DNA of 64,000 nucleotides from Polyangiales bacterium (GTDB lineage: Bacteria > Myxococcota_A > Polyangia > Polyangiales > JADJQN01): NCBI GenBank assembly GCA_964202905.1, contig CAXNJO010000005.1, positions 320,001 through 384,000 of the forward strand. The letters are read 5' to 3'. The notes under the pieces are model-generated. The model saw nothing but the letters and a program-made list of their open reading frames with translations. It did no database searches and was not told where the DNA came from. The first letter of the stretch is position 1. Each line of letters starts with the position of its first letter. Made by a program: the position numbers and the translations under genes. Of the stretch, positions 33,510 to 42,983 are shown one piece after another.

Positions 33510-35275
33510 GGGTTGCGTACGTCTCCTCCGCGCCGCGGGGCAGGGGTCGGGGTGCCGGTGGACGGGGCAGCCGGGCGCCCGCCGCCGCCGCCGCGCCGGG
33601 AGAGCGTGACCTGCACTTCGCCTTGCCCCGCGAAGATCACGACGTGCCGCGAGACGTGGCCGGGCGCGCGGACCTCGACCTCCCACGACTCGCCGGGGGG
33701 AACCGGCAGCAGCGCCCCGCAGTCGCCGAGATCCGTCGCGCCGCGCAGCAGACGCGCTCCTTGGACGTTGCAGCGCATGCGCACCGGGGGCGTGGCGACG
33801 GCCGCGGGCGCGGGCAGCGCCTCCACGGCCGCAGGCTGCCCGGGCGGGGGCGGCGCGACGGGCGGCAGCAGGGCGACTTCGAGGGGCGTCGGCGCCGCGC
33901 GCGGCACGGGATCGGGGCGCGTCGCGACGTAGTAGGCCGTCGCGCCGAGCCCCACGAGGCCGAGCGCGACGAGCACGCCGAGGAAGCCCGCGAGGCCGCT
34001 CTGCGCCGCGGAGCGCGCGGGCGGCGGGACCGGCTGGAACGCGCCGCCCACCGAGGAGCGGCCCGTCCCCGAGGCGTCGAGGCCCGGGGCGCCGCCGGGC
34101 GTCGAGAAGGCCGTGTACGTCGCGCTGGTCGGCTCGGGGGAATACTCGTCGCGCAGCTGCGTGAACGCGCCGCTCGCGTCCGGGGCGAGGCCCGCACGCA
34201 GCGGGGACGACGGCGGCGGCGCGGAGGGCGGTGGCGCGACGCGCGTCGGCGCGACGGCGATGCCCGAGTCGGGGACCGGCGTGAGGCCGGTGAGGTGGGG
34301 CAGCGTCGTGAGCGCGGACGAGGACAGCTCGGGCAGCGAGGCGGACCGCAGGGCGCGCTCGCACTGCGTCAACTCCCGCTCGACCTCCTCGAGCGATGGG
34401 AAGCGGTCGCGCGGCTCCTTCGCGAGGCAGCGCCGGACGAGCCCCTCGAGACGCGGCGGCACCCCATGGCGCGGGTGCACCTGGCGCAGCGACGGGGGCT
34501 CCTTGCCGACGTGGGCCGCGAAAATGTCGAACTTGCTGTTGCCGTCGAAGGGCGGGCGACCGGCCAGCGCGTGGAAGAGCACCGCGCCGAGCGCGTACAC
34601 GTCGCTCGCCGCGGTGACCTCGCGGCCGGTGATCTGCTCGGGCGACATGTAACGCGGCGTGCCCATCATCACGCCGCTCTGCGTGAGCTCGGTGCCGGGC
34701 TCCTCGTCGCCGAGCACCTTCACGAGGCCGAAGTCGAGCACCTTCACGAAGTCGTCGTCGGAGCCGCGCCGCGTGAGCAGCACGTTCGAGGGCTTGAGGT
34801 CGCGGTGCACGACCCCGTGCGTGTGCGCCTCGCCGAGCGACCCACAGATCTGGCGCCCGACGTGGATGGCGCGGAGCGGCTCCATCGGCCCCTCCGCGCG
34901 GAGCACCTGCGCGAGCGTGCGGCCCGCGATCAGCTCCATCGCGATGAAGTAGAGGTCGTCGTCCGCGACCCCGTAATCGAAGATGACGATCGTGTTCGGG
35001 TGGTTGAGCTTCGCGGCCGTCGCGGCCTCGAGGAAGAAGCGCCGCTGGAAGTCGCCCCGCGTCGCGACGACGCCGCGCACGTCGAGCACCTTGAGCGCGA
35101 TCTGCCGGCCGAGGGGGCGCTGCACGGCGCGGTAGACGCGGCCCATGCCGCCGCGCGCGATGGAGGCGACGACCTCGAACCGCTCGTTGAGCGTGCGCCC
35201 GACGAGCGGGTCCGACTCGACGGGATCGGCGTCGACGGCGAGCGTCGTCCGCGTCCGCACCGGTTCGTCGCGCAT
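33500..35275 (-). CDS. Membrane Ser/Thr protein kinase (Hanks type) with PEGA-like C-terminus
   Basis: GGMGRVY, IALK, HRDLKPSN, DFG, GTPRYMSPE, SDVYALG; TM helix; ends NPWD. Confidence 0.95.
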   Translation of the reverse strand: MRDEPVRTRTTLAVDADPVESDPLVGRTLNERFEVVASIARGGMGRVYRAVQRPLGRQIALKVLDVRGVVATRGDFQRRFFLEAATAAKLNHPNTIVIFDYGVADDDLYFIAMELIAGRTLAQVLRAEGPMEPLRAIHVGRQICGSLGEAHTHGVVHRDLKPSNVLLTRRGSDDDFVKVLDFGLVKVLGDEEPGTELTQSGVMMGTPRYMSPEQITGREVTAASDVYALGAVLFHALAGRPPFDGNSKFDIFAAHVGKEPPSLRQVHPRHGVPPRLEGLVRRCLAKEPRDRFPSLEEVERELTQCERALRSASLPELSSSALTTLPHLTGLTPVPDSGIAVAPTRVAPPPSAPPPSSPLRAGLAPDASGAFTQLRDEYSPEPTSATYTAFSTPGGAPGLDASGTGRSSVGGAFQPVPPPARSAAQSGLAGFLGVLVALGLVGLGATAYYVATRPDPVPRAAPTPLEVALLPPVAPPPPGQPAAVEALPAPAAVATPPVRMRCNVQGARLLRGATDLGDCGALLPVPPGESWEVEVRAPGHVSRHVVIFAGQGEVQVTLSRRGGGGGRPAAPSTGTPTPAPRRGGDVRNPWD

Positions 35276-35374
35276 CGCTTCGAGGGTCACACCTCGCCCC
35301 CGGGGGGTCAAGCGACGCGCGCGAAACGCGGGTGAATCCCGCAGGATGCGCCCGTCGAATGCCGCGCTTCCCGC

Positions 35375-35404
35375 TTGACGGCCACGCCCGCGGGCCGGTT
35401 CAAT
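35375..35404 (+). promoter_or_regulatory. Sigma70-type promoter for a probably leaderless transcript
   Basis: TTGACG-N18-TTCAAT, 6 nt before ATG 35411; no SD sequence. Confidence 0.55.
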
Positions 35405-35410
35405 GCGCGC

Positions 35411-37495
35411 ATGTTCACCGTCGTCATCACGGAAAAGGGCGGCTCCCAGCGCACGCTCGAGTTCGACCGGCCCGAGATCACCATCGGACGCGTGCAGGGC
35501 AACGACATCATCCTCCCCAAGGGGAACGTGTCGAAGAAGCACTCCCGCATCGTGTTGAAGGACGGGCGCTTCATCGTCGTCGATTTGAAGAGCACGAACG
35601 GCACGTACGTGAACGGCCGCAAAATCACGTCGCCGCTCGTCGTGAAGTCGACGGACAAGATCTACATCGGCGACTTCATCCTCACGGTCGAGGAGCCGGG
35701 TGGCTACGCGGGCGCTGCCGAAGAGGCCGCGCCGGCCTCGGAGCCGCCGCCGCCCCCCGCGCCGCAGCCGACGCTCGACCGGCGCCCGCCCCCGCTGCGA
35801 CCCGCAGCCGCGCCCGGCGCGGGCCTGCCGTCCATCGCGCGCCCGACGATGCGCGGCTTCGAGAATTCGCCCGGCGCGCCGCCCCCGATCCCGCCCCGCG
35901 GCGAGGCGCCGCCCGCACGCCCGGTCCTCGCGTCGCAGCCGCCGCCACCGGCACCGCCCGAGCGCTTCGCCCTCGATGAGGACCCCTCGGACGAGTCGGT
36001 CCCGCCGCGGCCGCGCATCGCCGAGCGCGGCGGCCCCGCGCGCCCGACCACGCCGCCCCCGCCCAGCACGGGACTCGACGCCGACGCCGACGAGATGACG
36101 CCGGTGCCGGCCTCGAGCAGGGCCTACAACGCGCCGCCCGCCTACGCCGCGCCGCAGCCCGCGTACAACGCGCCGCAGCCCGCCTACGCGCCGCATCCCG
36201 CGTACAACGCGCCGCCGTCGGCACCGCAGTCAGCCCCTCACACGGCGCCCCAGCCCGCGCCCTACGCGCCGCCGCCCGCCTACGCGGCACCCCAGCCCGC
36301 ACCGCAGCCGGCCCCTCACGCGCCGTACACGTCGTCGACCGCGACGCTGCCACCGCAGACCCCAGCCGCCGCGGCCGCCGCGACGGGTCGGCTCGCTCGC
36401 CCGCTCACGGCGCGCGGCGTCCCGCAGGCCGCCCTGCGGGCCCTCGTCGCCCGCGCGTCCCAGTCGTTCGACGCGCACGCGACCGAGCCGCGCGCGCTCG
36501 GCGAGGAGCAGCGCTGGCGCGACGCGCAGGGCGCGATCGACGCCGGGCTCGCGGCGCTCGGGCACGACGCCGCGCTCGAGGGCGTCGACCGTGAGGCCCT
36601 CGGCAGCGCGGCGCTCCGCGAGTTCGTCGGCCTCGGCGCGCTCGACGGACTGCTCGGCGAGGCGGGCGTGCGCGAGATCCTCGTCGAGGGCCCCGGGCGC
36701 GTGCTCGTCGACGTCGGCGACGGCCTCACGCCGAGCGCGCTCGCGTTCTCGTCGCACGACGCCGTGCGCACGATCGCGCGCCGCATCCTCGCGCGCGTGG
36801 GCGACGACCTCGATGCGTCGCGCCCGGTGTCCGAGGCGCGCGTCGGCGACGCGTGGAGCGCACACATCGTCGGCGCGCCCGTGGTCGCGCAGGGCGCGCT
36901 GCTCTCGCTCACGCGCATCGACCGTCGCCCCGTGAGCGCAGCGGCGCTCGTCGAGCGCGGCGTGCTCGGCGCGGCGGAGTTCGAGCGGCTCCGCGCCGCG
37001 ATCGCCGCGCGGCGCAGCGTGCTCGTGAGCGGCCCCGGCGGCGTGACGCAGCTGCTCGGTGCGCTCGCCGGGCTGATCGGGCCGCAGGAGCGCCTCGTCG
37101 TCGTCGAGGACGTCGCCGGGCTCGCGGTCGACCACGAGCACGCGATCGTGCTGCAGGCGGGCGGCGCGGGCTCGACGGTCACGCTGCGCGACGTGTTGCG
37201 CGAAGCCGAGCGGCTGCGTCCCGATCGGCTCGTCGTCGACGACGTCCGCGGCGCCGAGGCCTACGACGTGCTCGTCGCGATGGCGGCACGTCGCGGGCGT
37301 GTGCTCGCGGGCGTGCACGCGTCCTCGCCGGACGACGCGCTCCGCCACCTCGAGTTGCTCGCCTGCCTCGACGGGCGCGCGCAGGCCGCCGGCGCCCACG
37401 CGCTGATCCGCGCGGCGGTGCAGGTCGTCGTGCAGCTCGCGCCCACCGCGGACGGCGTCTCGTACCGCGTGGCGGCGATCGAAGACGTCCGATAG
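35411..37495 (+). CDS. FHA domain + Pro-rich linker + degenerate CpaF/TadA-like ATPase domain
   Basis: FHA motifs IGR, VSKKH, STNGTYVNG; C-terminal GLGALDGLL...EILV, ERLVVVED, RLRPDRLVVDDVRGAEA; Walker A degenerate. Confidence 0.88.
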   Translation: MFTVVITEKGGSQRTLEFDRPEITIGRVQGNDIILPKGNVSKKHSRIVLKDGRFIVVDLKSTNGTYVNGRKITSPLVVKSTDKIYIGDFILTVEEPGGYAGAAEEAAPASEPPPPPAPQPTLDRRPPPLRPAAAPGAGLPSIARPTMRGFENSPGAPPPIPPRGEAPPARPVLASQPPPPAPPERFALDEDPSDESVPPRPRIAERGGPARPTTPPPPSTGLDADADEMTPVPASSRAYNAPPAYAAPQPAYNAPQPAYAPHPAYNAPPSAPQSAPHTAPQPAPYAPPPAYAAPQPAPQPAPHAPYTSSTATLPPQTPAAAAAATGRLARPLTARGVPQAALRALVARASQSFDAHATEPRALGEEQRWRDAQGAIDAGLAALGHDAALEGVDREALGSAALREFVGLGALDGLLGEAGVREILVEGPGRVLVDVGDGLTPSALAFSSHDAVRTIARRILARVGDDLDASRPVSEARVGDAWSAHIVGAPVVAQGALLSLTRIDRRPVSAAALVERGVLGAAEFERLRAAIAARRSVLVSGPGGVTQLLGALAGLIGPQERLVVVEDVAGLAVDHEHAIVLQAGGAGSTVTLRDVLREAERLRPDRLVVDDVRGAEAYDVLVAMAARRGRVLAGVHASSPDDALRHLELLACLDGRAQAAGAHALIRAAVQVVVQLAPTADGVSYRVAAIEDVR

Positions 37496-37554
37496 TCGCT
37501 CAAAGCGCTGAAATCAGAGCTGAATCCGCCGCGCCGTGACGAGCGCGGTGGGGT

Positions 37555-38061
37555 TCAGGTGCCTTGCTTCCGGGGGGCGGCGGGCTCTTCGATCTCCGCG
37601 TCTTCCGCCTCGTCGGCGCGGGCGCGAACCCGCGGTGCGCCGGGGCCGCGCGCCGGGGGCGACTTGCCCTCGGAGCCCGTGTTGTCGAGCTCCACGAGCG
37701 CGCCGACGAGCGCGCCGACGAGCGGCGCGAAGACGAGCGGCAGGCTCGACCAGCGCGCGGCCGGGTCGACGCCGGGAATCGCGAACGGCCACGCGAACGC
37801 CGCGAAGCGACCCGCGAGGTACGCGAAGAGCGCGCCGAGCCCGACGCCGACGACGCCCTTCAGCGACGCCTCGATCCACGCGCCCTCACGCCAGGGCGGG
37901 CGCCCGGCGAGCACCGCGGCGCTCGCGGCCGTCGCCATCGCGACGAGGTAGCCGAGCAGAGGCTCGACCGTCGTCCAGCCCAGCCCGAAGTGCAGGCCCG
38001 CACCGACGACGCCCCCCACGACGAGGCCCTTCAGCCACCCGACGCCGAAGCGCTTCAGCAT
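37555..38061 (-). CDS. Hypothetical membrane protein (about 4 TM)
   Basis: MLKRFGVGWLKGLVVGG...; several hydrophobic segments and a charged tail. Confidence 0.75.
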   Translation of the reverse strand: MLKRFGVGWLKGLVVGGVVGAGLHFGLGWTTVEPLLGYLVAMATAASAAVLAGRPPWREGAWIEASLKGVVGVGLGALFAYLAGRFAAFAWPFAIPGVDPAARWSSLPLVFAPLVGALVGALVELDNTGSEGKSPPARGPGAPRVRARADEAEDAEIEEPAAPRKQGT

Positions 38062-38140
38062 CCCGCGAGCATGCCGACGCGTTCCCCTCGCGGCAAGGCA
38101 GCGCGCGTCGTACGCGCCGCGCGCTGTGCGCCCCGCGCCG

Positions 38141-38319
38141 TCACTCGGCGTCGACGACGTGGCCTGCGGCGAGCAGCGCCGAGAGCGCCAGCAGGGGCGC
38201 GGCGCCCGGCTTCGGTGGGCGCTCGACCTCGACGAAGACGCCGGACACGCCGACGTCGCGCGCGGTGTGGTGTCGCGCGACCCAGCGACGATGCGGACCC
38301 GTCGCCCTCGGGCGCGCAC
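38141..38319 (-). pseudogene. Degenerate PilZ-domain-like fragment
   Basis: RARGRRVRI... then, after one frame change near 38267, TARDVGVSGVFVEVERPPKPG...*. Resembles the PilZ RxxxR and DxSxxG motifs. Confidence 0.45.
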
Positions 38320-38375
38320 GGCGGCCCCCCAGGCCGCGCGGCCACCGTCACGCGAAGCTGCTAAGAGGAGCGCCG

Positions 38376-39236
38376 ATGACGCCCTTGGAGCTGCTCGAGC
38401 GCGACCTCTCCCGTGACCTCGGCCGCGCGATCGCGGACTTCGACCTGATCAGCGAGGGCGACCGCGTGATGGTGTGCGTCTCGGGCGGCAAGGACAGCTA
38501 CACGCTGCTGCACCTGCTCGAGCGTGCGCGGCGACGCGCACCCGTGCGCTTCGAGCTCGTCGCGGTGCACCTCGATCAAGGGCACCCCGGCTACGACGGC
38601 GCGCCGCTCGAGGGCTGGCTGCGCGACGGCGGCCACACCTACCGCATCCTGCGCGAGGACACGTACTCGATCGTCACCGACAAGATCGCGCCCGGCGCGA
38701 CGTACTGCTCGCTCTGCTCGCGGCTGCGGCGCGGCGTGCTCTACAACGCGGCGCAGGCGCTCGGCTGCACGAAGATCGCGCTTGGCCACCACCGCGACGA
38801 CGCGCTCGAGACGCTGCTGCTGAACCTGATGTTCACCGGCTCGCTCAAGGCGATGCCGCCGAAACTGCGCAGCGACGACGGCCGCAACGTCGTCATCCGC
38901 CCGCTCATCTACTGCGCCGAGGCACGCATCGCGGCGCTCGCCGAGGCGCTCGCCTTCCCGATCCTGCCCTGCGATCTCTGCGGCTCGCAGGAGAACCTCA
39001 TGCGCAAGCAGGTCAAGCAGCTGCTCGGCGAGATGGAGCGCCTCGCGCCCCGCGCGCGCGAGTCGATGCTGGCCGCGCTCGGCAACGTGAAGGCCACGCA
39101 CCTGCTCGACACGGGGCTCTGGGAGCAGCTCGGCCTGCCGCTCGCGCGCGAGGGCGAAGAGGCCGTGCGCGCCCCCCGCGACGGCGCCGCGGGCAAGACG
39201 CTCCCGGCTGCGCGGCGCCTGCCCGTGCTCGGCTGA
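38376..39236 (+). CDS. ttcA: tRNA 2-thiocytidine biosynthesis protein
   Basis: SGGKDS, CSLCSRLRRG, ALGHHRDD, PCDLCGSQ; AGGAG SD. Confidence 0.96.
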   Translation: MTPLELLERDLSRDLGRAIADFDLISEGDRVMVCVSGGKDSYTLLHLLERARRRAPVRFELVAVHLDQGHPGYDGAPLEGWLRDGGHTYRILREDTYSIVTDKIAPGATYCSLCSRLRRGVLYNAAQALGCTKIALGHHRDDALETLLLNLMFTGSLKAMPPKLRSDDGRNVVIRPLIYCAEARIAALAEALAFPILPCDLCGSQENLMRKQVKQLLGEMERLAPRARESMLAALGNVKATHLLDTGLWEQLGLPLAREGEEAVRAPRDGAAGKTLPAARRLPVLG

Positions 39237-39295
39237 TCGCGCGCCCGCGTGCGGCGCCGGGCACCGAGGCCGCGCGCGCTGGTACGCTCGCGCGC

Positions 39296-41224
39296 GTGAC
39301 GCCGACCCCGCCCACCGCCCCGCCCGCGCGCGACCGCCGCGCCTCCCCGCCCGCCTCCCCGCGCCGCGTCGCCGCGCGCTTCGCGTGGGCCGCGCTCGCG
39401 ACCCTCGCTGCGTGGCTGCAGGCCGGCGTCGGCGCGCACGCGCAGGAGCGCGCGCTCGATCTCTCGCGCACCGTGCCAGCGCTCGACGCGCGCGGCTTCC
39501 TCGGGATCCAGGGCACCGGCACGCCGGGCGCGGGCCTCGCGGACGCGACGCTCACGCTCGACCATGCGTGGCGGCCGCTCGTGGTGCGGACGGCCGACGG
39601 GCGCGACGTGCCGATCGTCGGAGATCGCTTGTCCGCAGACGTCGCGCTGCAGGTCGGTGTCGGCGCGCGCGTCGCGCTCGGCGTCGCAGCGCCGCTCGTG
39701 CTGTGGCAGTCGACCGATGGCCGCGCGCTCGATGGTCGGTCTCTGCCTTCCGTCGCGGCGGGCGACCCGCGGCTCACCGCGCGCGTGCGGCTCCTCGGCG
39801 AGGGCGCCGACGTGGCCCGCGAGCGGCACGAGGGGCCGGGCCTCGCGCTGCAGATCATCGGCTGGCTCCCGGCGGGGCAGAAGGACGCCTTTCTCGGCGA
39901 GGGGGCGGTGCGCCTCGCGGCGCAGCTGCTCGCGGATTTTCACGTGCTCGGCGCGGGGCTCGGCGCCGTGCTCGGCGTCCGGCACCGCTTCGAGCCGCGC
40001 GGGCTGCTCGACGCGCGCTTCGGCTCGGAGGTCGAGTTCGGCCTCGCGCTGAAGCTGCCCATCCCCGTGCTCCGCGACTTCTCGGGCCTCCTCGAGTTCC
40101 GCTCGGCGACGGACACGGCCGCGCCGTTCGGGGCCGCGACGACGTGGGCAGAGCTCGCGCTCGGCTCGCGGCTCGCGCTCGGCGATCTCGCGCTCACCGG
40201 CGCGGTGTCGCTCGGGCTCACGCGCGGCGTGGGCACGCCCGGCGTGCGCTCGACGCTCGGCCTCGCGTGGTCTCCGCGCACCCACGACCGCGACGGCGAT
40301 CGCATCCCCGACGACCGCGACGCGTGCCCGCCGCTCGCCGAGGACCGCGACGGTTTCGAAGACGAGGACGGCTGCCCCGACCCCGACGACGACGCCGACA
40401 TGGTGCTCGACCCCGACGACCTCTGCCCGCGCGAGACGGCAGAAGAGGGCCGCGACGACGACGAGGACGGCTGCACGGACCCGGTGCGCGACGCGGACGG
40501 CGACGGCCTCGAGGACGCGCGCGACGCGTGCCCGAACGCCGCGGAGGACGCGGACGGACACGCGGACGACGACGGTTGCCCGGACCCCGACAACGACGGC
40601 GACGCCGTGCCCGACGCGCGCGATCGCTGCCCCGCGCAGGCGGAGGACCGCGACGGCTTCGCCGACGACGACGGCTGCCCCGACCCCGACGACGACGACG
40701 ACGGCGTCCGGGATGCCGACGATCGCTGCCCGCGCGTCGCCGAGGACCGCGACGGCCGCGCGGACGACGACGGCTGCCCCGACCCCGACGACGACCTGGA
40801 CGGCGTGCCCGACGCGCGCGACGCATGCCCGCTGGAGGCTGAGACCGTCAACGGCGTCGACGACGACGACGGCTGCGCCGATCGCGGCGGACGCGCGCTG
40901 TGGCGTGCGAGCGGCGCGCCCGCGAACGGCGACGCGCGGCTCGTCGGCGCGCTCGCGTTCGGCCGCGGCGGGGTGCTGGGCGCGGCGGCCGGCCCCGCGC
41001 TCGACCAGCTCGCGCGCGTGCTCCGCGGGTGGCTCGTCGCGCAGCCGCGCTGGCAGATCGCGCTCGCGCCCGGCGCCGAGGCCCGCGGGGCGGCGCTGCT
41101 CGGTGCGCTCCGCGCGCGCGACCTCGACGTCGGCGCGCTGCGCGTCGTCGTCGACCCGACGTTGCGCGGCGTACAGGTCGTCGTCTCTCCCACCCCGTCG
41201 CTGTCTTCGTTGCCCGCGCCCTGA
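39296..41224 (+). CDS. Outer-membrane protein with thrombospondin type-3 (Ca-binding) repeats and degenerate OmpA-like tail
   Basis: Signal peptide, beta-barrel-like region, repeated D-x-CP...EDxDG..DxDGCPDPD units. Confidence 0.82.
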   Translation: MTPTPPTAPPARDRRASPPASPRRVAARFAWAALATLAAWLQAGVGAHAQERALDLSRTVPALDARGFLGIQGTGTPGAGLADATLTLDHAWRPLVVRTADGRDVPIVGDRLSADVALQVGVGARVALGVAAPLVLWQSTDGRALDGRSLPSVAAGDPRLTARVRLLGEGADVARERHEGPGLALQIIGWLPAGQKDAFLGEGAVRLAAQLLADFHVLGAGLGAVLGVRHRFEPRGLLDARFGSEVEFGLALKLPIPVLRDFSGLLEFRSATDTAAPFGAATTWAELALGSRLALGDLALTGAVSLGLTRGVGTPGVRSTLGLAWSPRTHDRDGDRIPDDRDACPPLAEDRDGFEDEDGCPDPDDDADMVLDPDDLCPRETAEEGRDDDEDGCTDPVRDADGDGLEDARDACPNAAEDADGHADDDGCPDPDNDGDAVPDARDRCPAQAEDRDGFADDDGCPDPDDDDDGVRDADDRCPRVAEDRDGRADDDGCPDPDDDLDGVPDARDACPLEAETVNGVDDDDGCADRGGRALWRASGAPANGDARLVGALAFGRGGVLGAAAGPALDQLARVLRGWLVAQPRWQIALAPGAEARGAALLGALRARDLDVGALRVVVDPTLRGVQVVVSPTPSLSSLPAP

Positions 41225-41322
41225 CGCGGCGTGGATCTCCCATTGACCGGGGGCCACCTGCTCCGCGTAAGCTCACCGACAGGGTGCGCTGCTGCTTCGC
41301 GTCGCCCCGATGGGTGCAGGAA

Positions 41323-42258
41323 ATGTCATCGCGCCCCCGCCCTGCCCGGCTCGCCCTGATCGTCATCGCCTGCGCCCTCGGCGCCGCGTCCGCCGTGTGC
41401 GGGCCGGACGCGGGCGCCGCGCAGGACCGCGCCGCGCTGCAACGGCTGCTCGACGACAAGGAGCGCGACTTCCGCGTGCGCGTGCAGGCCGCGTTCGCGA
41501 TGGGCAACACGCGCGACGCGGCGTTCGGCGCGCCGCTCACCCGCGCGCTCGGCGACGCGAACCCCGCCGTGCGCGCGGCGGCGGCGACCGCGCTCGGTCG
41601 CCTCGGCGACGCGTCCACACTCCCTGCCCTGCGGCGCGCCGCGCGCGACTCCTCCGCGTCGGTGCGCATGCAGGTCGAGCGCGCGCTCCGCAGCGTCGAG
41701 GCCGCAGGCCGCCCCGCGCCCGCGACGCCGCCCCTGCTGGCGCCCGCCGCGGGCGTCGGCGCGTACGCCGCGGTCTCCGTGATCCCCGCCGCGACGGCGT
41801 TCGACTGGCGCGAGGCGCGCTACGTCGTGACCGTCGGCGAGATGAACAACCGCTCGGGCTTCGCGGGGGAGGCGCTCGCGCAGAAGCTCCGCAGCGAGGT
41901 CGAGCGCAACCTCCGCTTGCTGCGGGGCGTGGCCGTGATCGGCGCCCCCGACGAGCGCGCCGAGCGCGAGATCGCGCGGCGCCGTCTGCCCCGCGTGCGG
42001 CTCGACGGAAACCTCGCGCGCGTCGAGCGGCGCGCCCAGGCGAGCGCGCTCTCGGTGCGCTGCGAGGTGAGCCTCGTGATCCTCGACGAGCCGAGCCGCA
42101 ACATGCGCGGCGCGCTGAGCGGCGCGGCGACGGGCAGCGACGCCCCACGCGGCGCACGCCCCGAACAGGAGCGCCGCCTCGCCGAGCAGGCGCTCGAGGG
42201 CGCGGTCCGCGGGGCCATGCGGCAGGCCCCCGCCGCGCTCGCCGCCGTCGCGCGCTGA
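41323..42258 (+). CDS. Exported HEAT-repeat protein
   Basis: Signal peptide; VRVQAAFAMG, VRAAAATALGRLG. Confidence 0.8.
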   Translation: MSSRPRPARLALIVIACALGAASAVCGPDAGAAQDRAALQRLLDDKERDFRVRVQAAFAMGNTRDAAFGAPLTRALGDANPAVRAAAATALGRLGDASTLPALRRAARDSSASVRMQVERALRSVEAAGRPAPATPPLLAPAAGVGAYAAVSVIPAATAFDWREARYVVTVGEMNNRSGFAGEALAQKLRSEVERNLRLLRGVAVIGAPDERAEREIARRRLPRVRLDGNLARVERRAQASALSVRCEVSLVILDEPSRNMRGALSGAATGSDAPRGARPEQERRLAEQALEGAVRGAMRQAPAALAAVAR

Positions 42259-42312
42259 CGGCGCCCACACGTTCTGCTGCGCGGAGGCCGCGCGATTTGC
42301 TACCGTGGCGGC

Positions 42313-42969
42313 GTGCGTGCGCGTTCGCCTGCCCCGCTCCCGCCTCTCGTCGCCTTCGGCGCAGCCCTCGTCTCGCTCGGGGCCGCGGCGTGCGTCCCGC
42401 AGGGCGATCCGGCGATCGGCCCCGGTCCCTTCACGGACGACTTCGAGCGCCGCGAGCTCGGCGAGCTCTGGCAAAACACCGGCGGCTCGTACGCGATCGA
42501 GGACGGCAAGCTCCACATCCGCGGCGCGCGCAACAAGCCGCTCTGGCTGCGGCGCGCGCTCCCGCGCGACGTGCGCGTCGAGGTCGACGTGCGCTCCGAG
42601 TCGGACGCGGGCGACATCAAGCTCGAGGTCTTCGGCGACGGCGAGTCGCGCGCGACGACGGACAGCTACACCGCGACCAGCTACGTCGTGATCTTCGGCG
42701 GCTGGAACAACTCGACGAACCTCATCGCGCGCCTGGACGAGCACGCGCAGGACCGCGCCGTCGGGCCGCGCTGGCCCGTCGTCCGCGGGCGCACGTACCA
42801 CCTCAAGGTCGAGCGGCGGGGCTCGGTGATCACGGCGTGGGCCGACGACCACCAGCTCGCGACCCTCGACGATTCGAACCCCCTCGCAGGGCGCGGACAC
42901 GACCACTTCGCGTTCAACAACTGGGAGTCGGACCTCTGGTTCGACAACCTGCGGATCACCCCCCTCTGA
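42313..42969 (+). CDS. Lipoprotein with ConA/lectin-like beta-sandwich
   Basis: Lipobox AAAC; FTDDFER, GDIKLEVFGDG, FGGWNN, FDNLRI. Confidence 0.78.
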   Translation: MRARSPAPLPPLVAFGAALVSLGAAACVPQGDPAIGPGPFTDDFERRELGELWQNTGGSYAIEDGKLHIRGARNKPLWLRRALPRDVRVEVDVRSESDAGDIKLEVFGDGESRATTDSYTATSYVVIFGGWNNSTNLIARLDEHAQDRAVGPRWPVVRGRTYHLKVERRGSVITAWADDHQLATLDDSNPLAGRGHDHFAFNNWESDLWFDNLRITPL

Positions 42970-42983
42970 GAGGGTAACGCACC

